The position numbers and the translations under genes are program-made. A model generated the notes under the pieces. The model saw only the letters and a list, made by a program, of their open reading frames with translations. It was not told where the DNA came from and searched no databases. From the human T2T-CHM13v2.0 reference genome, Homo sapiens, in assembly GCF_009914755.1 (NCBI RefSeq), contig NC_060928.1: a stretch of 64,000 nt of DNA; one strand, 5' to 3'. Positions 50,420 to 64,000 of this stretch are shown here, piece after piece. Numbering within the stretch: position 1 is the stretch's first letter; each line of letters begins with the position of its first letter.

Positions 50420-52394
50420 TGAAGTGGCCCTGGGGGCGCGGTGGGGGTGAGGACAGGAGCGAACCCCAGAGCAGAGCAGGGCAGGGCAGAGTGGAGCGTG
50501 GCCCGTCTGTCTCAGGGTGGACCTCAGCATGGAGGGTGCCAAGGGCAGGCACACCTGGCTATGGCTGGTCCCCCAGGTATGGTATCACACTTGATAATGG
50601 CACGGGGGACCTCGGGGGTCCAGGGACCACACCCAGAAGATGGCGGGGAACTGGCCAGGACGAGCCTCTTTCCTGAGTGTGGGCAGGGTCTGCTTCTGGG
50701 ACGCCGGCTCCTAGAGTCCCACTAAGTTTTCTGCCAGGTCACTAGGCAATGGCAGAAAACAAGACAGCTCCACTTGGGCCACAGACCTGGACACCCTGCA
50801 AGGACACTGCCTGGCCTGCAGGAGGGAGCTGGTTCTTAGCCCACTTCTGTGCCCCCTGCAAGCTGCTCTGTCTCCTCCAGGCCCCGAATGCTGCCCTGCT
50901 GCATAGCCAGTCCCTTCTTCCTGGGGGCACCTCCAGGACAGGCTCTTTCTTGGCCCTTGGGAATGGCCCACTAGACACGCTGGTGGGGACGCAACCATCC
51001 AGAATTGTTTCAGCCATGTCTCTCTTCCCCAGGCAGTCCCTGCCGCCGTATCTTGGCTTACGTCTCAACCAGACTCTTGAACATGGTGGCATAAACCAGC
51101 AAAAATGAAGCCGGCCCTCTGTCTTTAACCCGGGCGCAGCCACATGACATGTCTGCTGATGCCTGCCAATGGCAGAAGAGGGGTGGCTGGGAACAGACCA
51201 CCTGCTCAGGAGTCAGAAAACCCTGACTCCAAATCTTTGCTGCACTACTCGGCTCTGCAACTCCAGACAAATCACCCTCTCTGAGCCTGTCAAATGGGAC
51301 GACAACGAGTTTTGAGGAGTAGGTGTTAGAGCATCAGGCCTAACGAAGGAACTCCGTAGACACCTCCTCTCTTTACCAGAGACAACCCGGGCGCTGCAAT
51401 GCCTGAGGCCATCAGCGCGTGTGAAAAGCAGGGCTACAGCAGACTCCAGACATGGCCAGGGCTCTGGGGCCACCCTCACGACAGCAACAAGTGCGATGGC
51501 AGCCACCCCCACCCCCACCACAGTGGGGAGTATCCCACTTGGTTCACACCACCGTCCTGTGAGACAGGAGGAGGAAACGGAGGTGGGGGGCAGGGGACTG
51601 TGCCGGGGGCCCAGGTCACACAGGGAGCAGCGGGGGAGGGGATTGGGGAAGGGGTGCCTGGGGTCAGGCCCAGGGGCAGCAGTTGGGTGGAGGCACAGCA
51701 GCTCCTAGGGCTGCTACACATAGCTGACAGCAGGCAGCTGAGCACTCGACTCTCCGGAGCAGCCCCAACCCCAGTCCCACGGGCCCACCTGGTGTGCGTC
51801 CTCTGCCCGCCAGTGCCCTGCCGACGGGCCCGTGGTGAGGGAGGATGGCGGAGGAGAGGGGTCCAAAAGGAACAGTCGCAACTCTGTCATTTAAAACCCT
51901 CCCGGCTCTGAGGACACACCTGTCTTCCGTATGCTGGTACCAAGCAGGCGACTGTCCTGCCTCTTCTTGAATACCCACAGGGACGAGGACTCACTAAGCG
52001 CATGACAACCAAGTGTCCATTCTGATGACATCTGGAGTATGTCCCCAAAACTTCAAGATGCTAGGGCAGACCTGCTTCCTCCTCTGGGTGACAGAGCCTC
52101 CTGCTGTCCTCCGGCCCCTTCCTGCACCCAGAGCCCCTGCCTTGGCCCTCCCTCTGGCGTGCCAATGGCATCTGTGACAGCAAACTGAGACCACGGCCAA
52201 GGGCGCATCTGTGCTCGGAGGATAGCCCCCCGCAGGCTGTGCCCAATGGGCCCCTTGGCCAAAAGCCAAGGAGTCAGAGGCGTAGCCCACAGCACTGAGG
52301 CGAGCAGCCACCATCCCTCATGAGGGTTAGCCCCCCCAAACACTGAAGCCAGTGGCCACCTCCCTCATGAGGGTGAGCCCCCAACACAAATCCT

Positions 52395-52546
52395 AAGCTT
52401 TCTGGGCACTCAGGATGCTCGGGGAAAGGCTCATTTTGGATATCCAGATTAAGCATAATGCAAATATTCCCAAATCCAAAAACAAAATCCGACATCCAAA
52501 ACACTGCCGCTCTCAAGCATTTAGGAAGAGGGATACTCGACCTGCA
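52395..52546. mobile_element. Tigger4/MER46-like DNA transposon remnant
   Basis: Ends in agggatactcgacctg, resembling the Tigger4 terminal inverted repeat; internal aatgcaaatattcc-aaatcc. Confidence 0.5.
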
Positions 52547-52567
52547 TTAGGAAAGAAACAAACGTAC

Positions 52568-52712
52568 CATTGAGGTTGCGTATGAGTCTCGCTTCCTTCT
52601 CCCCATCTTCGTCCAAGCCGTCAAGCTTTAGTTTCTTCCAGGCGAGTTCGTCCCTCTCCTGTATCTTCAGATCAGCGTGGAGCTCGGCCAGCCTCACGGG
52701 AGGAAGATGCAG
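52568..52712 (-). CDS. LRPAP1: LRPAP1 exon 2
   Basis: tcgcag|CTGCAT...AATG|gtacgt; 145 nt; LHLPPVRLAELHADLKIQERDELAWKKLKLDGLDEDGEKEARLIRNLN. Confidence 0.97.
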
Positions 52713-55700
52713 CTGCGAATGAAGGGGAGGAGCCTGTGAGCCACGAGCAGGACGGACCAGGACACAGCGAGAAACTGACCTCGGAGGAGGCTGGCCACCG
52801 GGAGGTTCTGGGAGACCAGGAAGAGGTGGAGTCAGGGTCACTGTCAGCAGGATTCAAACCCCACAGGTTTAGACAAGAACTCAACATGGACACCAGTCTC
52901 TAGGCCTGTCTGTATACACGATCCGGAAACCCCAAGTCCATCGGGGGCTCCCCACCAGCAGCGGCTGCTCATTCCTGTCCGGCTGTAACAGGACACCCCA
53001 CCCTAGCACCTGAGGACAGTCATCGGGCACTCGGATAAACAGAGCAGGAAGAAGATACCCACTGCATTACCATTGCAGATACATATTGCAAGGACACAGA
53101 CACCTAGAAGTTCTTTTTTAAAAAAAAATCACTGTAATCTCAGATCTGCCCCATCTTCATTTCCCAAAGACCCTCAGTCACCACCTCTCAAGTGTACCAT
53201 GATCCGAACTGTCTTGCTGAGACGGTTCTTACACAGCCCCAGATCCTTCTGGAGCAGGAATCTGTCACCCTCTCACTTACCTGCTGGCGTAGACCACACA
53301 GGCAGCGCCCCGGAACGAGCTGCCGCACTGGGGCTGAGGAACTTCCCCGCCCCACCCTCATCCCTCTCCGCAGGGCAGGCCACGCTTCATTCATCCCACC
53401 CCTGCCCTCCCAGCTCTGGGACCCTGGGTGAGAGAAGGAAGCAAGTGAGGTGACCGCTGGGCACACTGCTTTTTGGTTGCAAAGACAGGATTTAGGCCAA
53501 GAGTGTCCCCACGTCAGAATGACTGGGCCAGAATGCCAGGCGGCCGAGGCAAGCAGCAGAATGAAACCCACCGGCCAGCTCTCATCAACTCTGGCCTCGG
53601 GGCTGGCCCGGCCGCTAAGAGGCGTGCACTGGGGCAGGCTAGCCCTTCAGGGAAGCGAAGGCTCTTCCGTGCAGAGCAGAGTGGCCCAGCTGTGTGAACC
53701 AGAACGTGTCATGAGGTGGGACCAGGGTTCACGGAGACAGGGTGCTGTCCCTGGCTAACTGGGGAGGCTGCACCGCATGCCTGTAGTGACGCCAGCGCAT
53801 TAAAGCCTCTGTGGAGTCCTGCAGCAAAGGAAGTGCTCGGCACTGTGCAGTGCAGATCCCCAAATCTCTCGGCTCTCAGGAGGGTCCCCTTCCCTGAGCA
53901 CCTGCATTCTCACATTCCCCCGGGGCTGGTCCTCATGAGCTGCCCGTGGCTCTAGGAGGGAACCCCAGCTCCTGCCTCTGAGCTCCAGGTGCCCATCACC
54001 TAACGCCTGTCTCTGATCATGTGTGTTTAAATATGGAGTCTGTTTTCCCTTAGAGGTTTGAAATATTAATCTTTTATCTATATTTCATTAGCTATTTTCT
54101 AACATAAATACAACACAAGCTAGTATCCAAAGTATGTGTGTTATATTTCAATAAAGTTTACGTAAAACAGTGAACATCCCCACGAAGCGTCAAGAGCCGG
54201 CTGCCTTCCCAGTGTCCCGCAGCCCGCGCCGCCTTGTGGCCCACACTGCCTTGCAGCCCGAGACCTCAGGAGGCCCAGCCCTCAGGTCCGCGCCGCGCAG
54301 GGGCACACGTTTCTTTCAAGACTCGCACGAAGCCAATTCTGTGTGTTTGGCACACCCCACACTCCGGAACCTCCTCGCCTCACTCTGCCTGTATCTAGAC
54401 TGAGCCCATCCTGCTCCCTGCAGCTCAGTCTGTGTTGGGCCTGGGAGGAAGGAGACCCCTGACCACAGGCCCTGTCTCCAGCTGGGTGCTGGGGCTGTCA
54501 GCTCCGCCCTCTCTTCTCTCAGAAGCCCAGCCTGACTCTGTGGCTGCCCTAGCCACACAGGCCCCACCCTCCAGGAGTTTAAAATTTAGTTAGGGACGAA
54601 TTCAGATTACTGAGCCAAGATCCCCAATGGTAAAAAGATAGCAAACGGTAGGCACAAAATGAATGGCAGGGCCTAGGGCAGAGGAAAGCTTCTAATTCTC
54701 TAGAAGGTTCTCTAACCCTTGGTGGGTGGTCCCAGGACAGTCTTTTGTCTGGGCCCTCCTGGTAGATGCTCTGCGCCATCTCTGCAGGGGCTGCTTTCCA
54801 GGACTGTCCCAACCTGAAAACCCTTTCCCTGGCAGCCTTCGACACACCCCTACCTGTGTGCCTCTTCCCCAGCCAGCCCCATCCACCCAGCCAGCCCCAT
54901 CCACCCAGCCCCTTCTCCCCAGAGCTCCACCCCGTGCCCCTCTGTGCCCTGGACACTTGCCTGCGGCGTCCACTGGAAGGCCCTAGGAGACCTGAGGTCT
55001 GATCTGAGCATTCCCAGCAGGAGGACCCAGGACAATGAGGCACCTGAGTGACGCTGAACTCTCAGGAGGGGCAGTCGGTGCCTCAGGAGGAGGGGGAGCC
55101 CACACCTGCCTATCTTGTGACCCAAACTCCTGGAGGAACAGGTCTGCTTCCATCTCTACTTCCCCGTGGCTGCTGCTACCCTGTAGGCGCCTTACTTACC
55201 GTGCTGCACTGCCCGGGAGGGTCTGAGATGCGAGGCCCACAGTGATGGTCTGAGCCAGAAGCAGCACCCTGGGGCAGGCAATTCAGGCCCATGCTCTCAA
55301 GTGTGTGCTGGCCTTGAGGGGCCCCGGGTCTGCCCTCTTTGGCTGCAGGGGAGAGGATGCAGGTGTCCCATGACTGCCCATGGGCTGCCTGCTGGAAAGC
55401 GGAGCTGAAGACCCAGGGCTGCTGAAGTCCTGGGCCCATCCTGGCAGGCTCACAGCCAGGCACCAACCCCTGTAACTTGCAGTCCTCACTGGCTTCCTGT
55501 CTGCCTCCCTAGGGTGCTGGGAGAATCAAGGGCAGGTGCTCTGTGGGCTGTAAAATCTGCAACCCACAGGGGAAAGTCATTTTCTCCCTCTGATTCCCAA
55601 ACTCTCAGGCAACAGGGGGTCTAAATTTCACACCGCATGTCTCACAAAAGCCAGCTCCCTTTCCCCTGATGTGTGGCTGCCAGTGCTCAGCGCAGAAGGG

Positions 55701-56691
55701 GCCAGCCTGGCAGCACCACCACAAAAAGCAGCCCCAGCTCTGTGCAGAGGAAGACCAGCAGGTCACGTGCAGACCCCAGACCCCACGTCTGGATTCTTTC
55801 ACCTCTCTCAAGTTAAATGTTAACGCATCAAGTTAGAAGTACCCTGTGGAAACCAACTGCAGAAAAGAACCTGTCAAACATGAAGCAGCGAGGCAAATCA
55901 TCAACAACCAGGGTATACATGCAGGCAAGAAAGCCGGCTCAGCTGATCAAACGACGCCGGTCCTGTGTCCCCAGACACAAGCAGAGCCGACCGTGTCCTC
56001 CTGACCAGACCCAAGGGCCCAGCACTGCTCGGGACCTCAGCAGTGGCCCTTCCCCACACAGCACCACCCGCGTGCCAGCAGAGCTTTCTGGAACTTTCCA
56101 ATAACCTGCTGCTGCTTCTCAACGCCCCAGGAAACCCAGGCCAGGGTCCACAGCTACACCACTGGTGTCAACCTGCACACACAGCACAGTTCAGGCTGGG
56201 CAGGTTCCAATGCCACCAGGACCGCCAATGGACCACCTCTTCAGAGGGCATGTGCCATCCTCCCAGCGCTCACCTGAGTGCCCGCGCCAGACTGCAAGGC
56301 ACCCACCATGAGGAGCAGGCTGTGGCGGTGACCAAGGCTTCCTGGCACGCTGTACCTGTCTCACCACGGCAGGTGGCATGCACTGTCCCAGCCCAGCCAC
56401 TGTGCCCCAGCTCCTTCCACCTGAGCTCCGTGGACAAGGGCACAGCCGTACCCGCCTTGAGCTGCTGTGAGGTCATGCATTGGCCTGGCGAGTCCTAGGT
56501 GCCCATGGAGGCCACTGGCTGGCCCATCCTCAGAGGCCCTTCTCAAGCCAGGGGGGACGCTTGAGAGCTGGGGTGGGGCTCTGAGGGCTCCTCTCTGCAG
56601 ACCTCAGTTTCCACTCGTCAGACCTCTGAGAACAAGATGCTTCACACACTCTCATTGCAGTCACCATTCATGTCAGAACTAAGGACTGTCT

Positions 56692-57169
<478 letters not shown>

Positions 57170-59569
57170 TCAGAAGTCGTCTGTGAGCACAAGGGCTCTG
57201 CATGGCCTCTGACCTCCAAAGCTCCAGGGACAGCCTCTGCTCAGGAGTCTTGCAACACAGTGGAGCCCGCCTGTGAAAGAGGAACTGGGAGAGTCACAGA
57301 AAGTCAAGATTCAAGTTGCTGGAGAGGATGAAGCAGCACCCCCCCGGCCGGGTCTCGCCTGATGAAAGCGGGTCTCAGCATCTTCTTGGCGGCAACCTCA
57401 ACGCAGGTCTCACAGCCCAAGCCCATCAAAGGCAAAGGTTTCCTGAAACGCTCCCTTCACCCTATGCCTACTGACACACTACGCAATCCTATATGCCAGG
57501 ATGTGGCTTTACATGCAGAAAACAGGGACACGATGTTTTCATGAAGCAAACCAAAGAAAGGACAAGACCGTCCTGGCTGCTGAGCGCAGGTCGCAGGAGG
57601 CTGAGAGCAGTGGCTGCAGAGCCGGGCAGGAAGTGCTTCTCTGAAAAAGCAGCCCTCACCTCAATTATCTTCCAGGGGGCGATCCAAGACCCCGTCTCCG
57701 TCTGATACCTACCTAGAGCGGCGAGTCAGGTGGGGTAAGAAGCCGACTGGAGTGACTATTTGCACGAACAATTCTCTCCCCCTACGTTTGAACTGACTGT
57801 GGCTCCTCCTGCCTCCTGACCACCCTGGGCCCTGGCACGCTCGGCAGAAAGAGCCACAGCACAAAGACCACCCGGGATGCACTACCGCCACTGAGAACCT
57901 CAAAAAGACCCGGACGGGTCTGACGCCTGCACACTTGGCTCCAGGATAGAACACCCTCACAGCACCGCCACCCTCCAAGCTTCCGTTATCTGGAAGGAAA
58001 ATCAGGACGAATGGGCTCTGCAGGCCTGCCTGCCATAGTACCAGGCTCTCTGGAAGGGGGGAAGACACACAAAATCCCCCAAAACACCCTCACCCCCGAA
58101 GAACTTCACGTTCTGTTCAGCAAAAAAGACTTGCCCACACAACTAGAACTTCAGGACTTAAAGGGACCAGAAAGATCATCTAGTCCAAGGCTCAGTCCAA
58201 AGTGGAGGTGAGCAGCTCGCCCTACCATGGTGCCCAGTGAACCTCAGGGAGGTTCAGGAGACATGACCCAACCCAAGACTGAAACTGGTCAGGCGAGCAC
58301 CCAGCACCGGGGGACAGTGCAGGGGCAGCCCGAGGGTAGCTGGACCAGTGCAGGGGCAGCCTGAGGGCAGGTGTATTGCTGCAGGAGGCCTGGGCTGACA
58401 AAGACAGAGGACCAGCTGGAGGTGGCTGGAGGTAAGGTGGAGCGCACCAGGGCGGCCCTGCAGAGCAGGTGGAAGACTTGGGCCAGCACCCAAAAGGGAG
58501 CCGCTGGGGTTCCTGGGCCCGAGTGCACTTCCTCAGCGCCACCTCCAATCGGTCAGGGAGTCTATTTCGGGCTCCCCATTCCTCATGGGGAGGGGGGACT
58601 CCACCCACTCAACAGATGCCCAGTGCAGTGGGCACGGGGAGGCAGCACTGCATCCCGGCTGCTCCTGGTCACACCTGTTCCCTGCTGCTGGGAGGCCATC
58701 AACACATCCAAACCCAGCCGTGTCCCCAGCCCCTCCAGAATCCCTTCCTCCAAGAAGCCGCCCTGCCGCTCCAGCCCAGAGCGTTCTCCCACCTCCCACC
58801 TCCGCAGGCTGAACATTACGCCTGGGGCTTGACTGCTGGTCCCAGGAGCAGTTCAGGAAGGGCCTGTGGAGCTGATGCCCAGGCGTCAATCCCCATCCCC
58901 ACGCAGTCTTATAACCGTCTGTCGTCTGTCTGTCCCCCACCTGTTTCTCCTCTCCCTTTTCGTTCCAAAAGTTCCTTCTTATTCTGCAAATCATTTACTT
59001 TCCCTCTCAAAGACTCAGGAATGCTTAAAACTGGACTATTGAGACAGAGATCTAATCTGACTCCTGCATTTGAGATGAGATAATGAGGCCCAGATGGTCG
59101 GCATAGTTCGAAAACACCCATTTCAGGTGTTTTCAGGAACACCTAACAAATGAAGCAACCGTATCTTAATGAAGAGAGCAGCTGGCCCAGGGTCACGCAC
59201 CAATTAGGAAGCTGTTGTCCCGGGGGGCCCCACCGGCCGAGCCACCTTGGGGGTGCCCTTTCCCCTCGGGGCCTCCGTACCCTCATCTCTCAAATGAAGG
59301 AGAGGTCAGGTGAGCGCCCTGTTAAGACTGACTTTCAGCATTCCCAAGGTCGCGTTTTATGTGCTCTAAACCGATCCCATCTCCTCACCTCCTCATTTCT
59401 CGCTCAAATGAACAAGCACGGGCTTGCTACTGGGATTCCTTCTGTCCCTGGACACGTCTTTCTACCCAACATTTTGTTTTTCTTGTTTCCCCACATAGGG
59501 AGATAAGGTTGAGGGAACAGGCAAAGGCTCGGGAGGCAGGAGACCTGTGATCTAGCCTGGTTCTGTCCC

Positions 59570-60830
59570 TACGCTCGGGTCAGCAGGCCGCCCAGGCTGG
59601 GGAGGGCGACACTGACCCTCGGGGTGCCGGCCGCCACCTGCTTCACACGGCGTCGTCGCCGGCACGGGTACCTTTCCTGCTGCAGAAGGGGTCGGGGCGC
59701 CCCACCTGACACTTGGGGGAGGCTGTGCCAAGGACAGGGCGCGTAGGGCACAGGTGCCCCGGCTGCGCCCCCCTCCGCCTCCGACCCCTGGGCCCCGCTC
59801 CAACGACCCCAACCACGGCCCCCGCCCCCAGGCCCCGCTCCACCGACCGCGGGCCGCGCTCACTCGCTGGGCCTTCTCCCACAGCTGGTTCAACTTCTCC
59901 ATGCGGAACTCCTCTCCGGACTCGCGTTTCGGGGACGGCTTGGGCTGGTTCTTCTCCCGCGAGTACTTGCCGCCGTGGCTCGCAGCGGGCCAGGGCCCGA
60001 GGAAGAGCAGCAGCAGTAGCAGCGCCGGGAGCCCGCGCAGAAACGACCTGACCCTCCGCGGCGCCATCTTCCTCTGCGACTGGCGCTGCGCGGAGAAAAC
60101 CTAGCCTGCCGATGCCCCGCCCACTACCCCGCCCCCACCCACCGCGCGGTCTCCTGGGAATTGTAGTTCCTCCGTGAGCGGCCGGCAGCGGCGAGGCCGC
60201 CGGCGGACTCCAGCGCCTAGGAAGCCCTGCGCAGGCGCAAGCGTTTCCCAGGCAACCACGCCGCGGCCCGAGGCTGCAGACTCTGGCAGGGGATACAACT
60301 GGAGAATGAGGGTGGCCGGGTGGGAGCAGGGATCAGGCCTCACCCAGAGCCCGGAGCCTGGAGCCCGCACGACTCGAGGCCTCTTTCCCTCTCTGCCCCA
60401 CAGAAAGAGCGGAAAGCCCAAGAACCGGGCCGCGTTTGGCTGAGCCTGATAATGCTCCGGCTTCACGCGCACTGACGCCGACTCTTGCATGTCCAGTGCC
60501 GTTGCCGGGTTGGCACTGCGGCCCGGGCCTGGCGCTGAGGAGCCTGGCCCAGCCCGCTTCTGCCCTCCGCGGAGCGCCTGGCCGTGGGTAAGCCCAGGCC
60601 AGGTTGTCCCGGGGACGCAGGGCCGCGCAGACGTCCCCCTACGTCCCGGGGCCCCTGCCCCAACCCGCGTCCCAAGCGCCTGCTCTCGCGCCTGCTGCAA
60701 GGCAGGACTTCGCGCGCTTTTCCCCAACCCATGACACTCTAGGAAATTCACAGAGCCAAAGTTAGCATAGACCGCTCGTTGGGGGCTTGGCCAGTGAGTT
60801 GGGAAGTGCCCTGGAGGTAGCGCGGGAAAC
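59570..60830. promoter_or_regulatory. LRPAP1: CpG-island promoter of LRPAP1
   Basis: Very CpG-dense; GC boxes about 60115-60134; ACTACAATTCCCA (ZNF143/THAP11-type) on - strand 60155-60167; NRF1-type TGCGCAGGCGCA 60228-60239; YY1-type AAGATGGCG over the ATG. Confidence 0.85.
59864..60067 (-). CDS. LRPAP1: LRPAP1 exon 1 (signal peptide, start of D1)
   Basis: MAPRRVRSFLRGLPALLLLLLFLGPWPAASHGGKYSREKNQPKPSPKRESGEEFRMEKLNQLWEKAQR|gtgagc; 204 nt. Confidence 0.97.
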
Positions 60831-61000
60831 AAGGGGAAGGAGGGAGACAGACGGCAGCTGGGCCCCTTTGGGCTCAGAGAAGGGACAAGGGGAGCTCATC
60901 TGGCAAGAATGATCTGAAAAGGCCTCCAAGGGTGGGCGGGATTTTGCCGGGGGAGGGAGGAATTTCCAACTGGAGGGACAATGACAAAGGGGGTGAATAG

Positions 61001-61330
<330 letters not shown>

Positions 61331-63758
61331 TACCCTAATTTACATTTAAATTGTATCTTGTGTTGTTCCAGAGAAGATTTCAGGTCCCTGGAATCAAGGT
61401 GATCTGCTTCTGTCCTGTGCTGCTTTTCTAGTATTTTCAGAGCCATCGTTTCATTTCTTTTTTTCCAGCTGTTGAGTTGTTTCAGGCAAGAGGGTAAATT
61501 CAGTCTGTTACTGCATCTTAGCTGGAAGCACAAGTTCCCAATATGGGATGTATGGGGGAGAGGAGGTAAAGGAATCCCCCAGGAGGGTGGTGGAGGGAGA
61601 ATGACCTCATGCGAAGTGACTCCAGAGACAGATCAAATGCTGTCATTGCCATCATTGCATGTTTTTAAGCCTCAGGACAGAATGGCCAGGTGAGCCTGGC
61701 CTAGATTCTCACCTGTGCCTGCCTTCCCCTTGTGTTCCCTCGTTCCTGCTCTTCTCTCCATCTCCTGGTGCCTAGAATCAGAGGTCACCTGTTTTACCCC
61801 ACTTACATGTTTTGCCCTGACCCCACTCCTGAGAGCTACAGGTAGGTCTTGGTGTGCTTAGAAGGGGACAGTCCAAATTGGCCTATCCCCCCCAAGCATG
61901 TCCCTGTTGGTCATCTGGAATGTGGTCCTAACTGCAAATGTTCCAGCTCTGTGAATCCTGCCCCCAGTGTCTCTAGAAAGGCCCGTTATAAACCCACAGG
62001 AATTGGAAGCTGGACTGGGAGCAGAGTCTTCTGGGATCCTGCATCTGACAGTGGTGTGGGGTTCTAAGAGCCCTTTTCCTATACAGCCCGGTTTCCCAGA
62101 TAAGTAAGCAATATTTTATTCGTGGCTGCATACACAGGCAATGAAACTAAAGAAAGTCAGGGGATGGCTAAAGGATGGAGGATACCTGGGCTGGGGGAGG
62201 AGGGAGAATGCGACGGGTGAACACAGACAGGCTTCCAAAGTGGTGTCCAGGTTGTATTTCTTCACTAGGTGGTGGGCACACAGGCATGCATTTTTCCTTA
62301 TCTTTAAATTGTACATATTTCATACACTTCTCCGTATGTATTATACATTTCAAACTAGTACATCTTCTAAAAAATCACAGTGGTTAATGCAATCAGTACA
62401 GGTGCCAGGCACATACCAGAGACTCCAGGTGACGGCATGCTCTCCTCTTGGGCTCCTCCTCTAGGGCTGAAAGTTTATTTCTCACCCCTGCCGCCAGCAC
62501 CCGCCATGCCAGCCCGTGTCTCTAAGTGCTGAGGGGAAGGTGTATGAACAGAGACAGATACGGCCGTGGAGGAACCCGGAGGGAGGGCCCTCCACTTGGT
62601 GAGGACGGATTGTGAGGCTGGTCAGTGCTGAAGCTGAGTATCTTGCTTACGAGAGAAAAGGGGAACTGTGCTTATAGGACCATCTCTCAGAGCAAAACAA
62701 ATTGAGTCTCTTGGGAAGCCTGGCATTGAGGATTGTCCAGCTTTCAGAAGTGAGAGTGTTCAGCCTGACTTCAGGGGCACAAGGTTCTTGCTGCCTGGGC
62801 CTGTTCTGTAGTGTGGGGCTGTCCCTGACTGGCCGGCTTTCAGAAGCATGCAGCATTGTCATTGACTTATTGGGGTTTCATGCCACCACGGCCAAAAAGC
62901 AGTTTGTTTTTGTCCTTGAGTTTGGACTATAGATTGTTATTCTCTCCAGGCAAAGGCAGGAAGCACACGGGAACAGGTAGCGCCAGGTGGCTGCAGGCAG
63001 GTGGTCTGGCTGGAGCTCAGTGCAGAAGCACAAGACGGTGGTGAAGAGTGAGGCAGACCCAGGGGACTGAAACGCCACTGGAAGGAAGATTCCACCCAGA
63101 GCAATGGGGGCCACAGAGTGATCCTGAGGGGAGAGTTACACAGAGATGCGTTTGAGGAAAAGCAGAGACCAGTGGGAATGCTGGTGCTCTCCGCCAGAGG
63201 AGAGGCGAAGGTGATCGGGATGAGATAGAGACACGGAGGCAGTGAAGATGGAGAGGCCATGTGAAGGTGGAAGGGACAGAATTTGGTGACAAGCGTCCAG
63301 ACTGACGCCCAGGTTTCCACTTGGGGAGACCAGAAGGTGGCAGGGCGAATTCCAATGCCAGGTCTCCAGGGAGAGCACGCTCAGGAGGAAGATGAGAGTC
63401 CGGGTCCCTGTGGGATGGACGTGGAGCCCTCCAGGGGCACTGAACTCTATAGATCTGCCAGTCAGGGGCAGAGGGGTCCAGGGCAGAGGAGACAGAGATC
63501 TGGGCACCACCCACGAAGGCACAGTGGGCAGGGGATGGAGCCCTCTGGAGGGAGCCAGCGCAAGGGTGCGAGAAGGAGCTTGCAAAGGAAGCAGAGCGGC
63601 AGCCAGGACCAGGGAAGGCGCCCGCGAGGAATTTGCCTGTAGACCCCAGGGTTGAGTAGGCTTTAAGGAGGAGCACATGGGCAGCGTTGGGCCGCTCACA
63701 GACTGAACGCACAGAGGCTGGTGTAGATGCCTGTGGCCTCTGCCCTTGCAACAACCTC

Positions 63759-64000
63759 TGTCTTGGGTCAGGTTTCCTGGAAGCAGAGCTGAGATGGAAT
63801 TCCTGTGGAGGTGATTATGGAGGGGTGCTCCTAGGAAAGGAGAGTGGGGGTAGAGAGCCGGTGCAGAGAGCTGAGCAAGGCTGTGACTGCTTCAGCCTGG
63901 TTGGATGAAGGGGAGCTCGGGAGCACTGCACCTCACGGCTGTCCCTGCCTTGAGGCCAGGACCATTTTGTGTCTCCTCTCCCTCCCCTCATCAATCAGGC
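63759..64000 (-). mobile_element. Possible ERVL LTR (LTR16-like) remnant
   Basis: Reverse strand ends ...ggaaacctgacccaagaca, similar to LTR16 3' termini. Confidence 0.35.

Noticed and set aside
52309-52388. Duplicated palindrome CCCTCATGAGGG
   Set aside because: Two short copies only, with no supportable function
60101-60832. 243-aa ORF upstream of LRPAP1
   Set aside because: Stop-poor CpG island; non-ATG start; no homology recognised

Overview
GC-rich, Alu-containing primate (human-like) DNA matching the chr4p16.3 DOK7-LRPAP1 locus. The + strand carries DOK7 exons 3-7 (exons 1-2 lie upstream of the window) and three further downstream exons giving a long 608-aa isoform with an FRS2-like phosphotyrosine tail. 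The - strand carries the complete 8-exon LRPAP1 gene (RAP chaperone, 357 aa, C-terminal HNEL) with a CpG-island promoter. Between the genes is an intronless, frameshifted refilin-B (RFLNB/FAM101B)-like retrocopy with an in-frame 24-bp expansion, among Alu and L1 remnants. Also present: several VNTRs, a 1.7-kb pyrimidine tract, a 145-bp non-Alu inverted repeat, and small duplications of LRPAP1 exon and splice-site sequence. Most ORF-track entries are GC-content or repeat artefacts. Gene identities come from recognising translated sequence, not from a database search.
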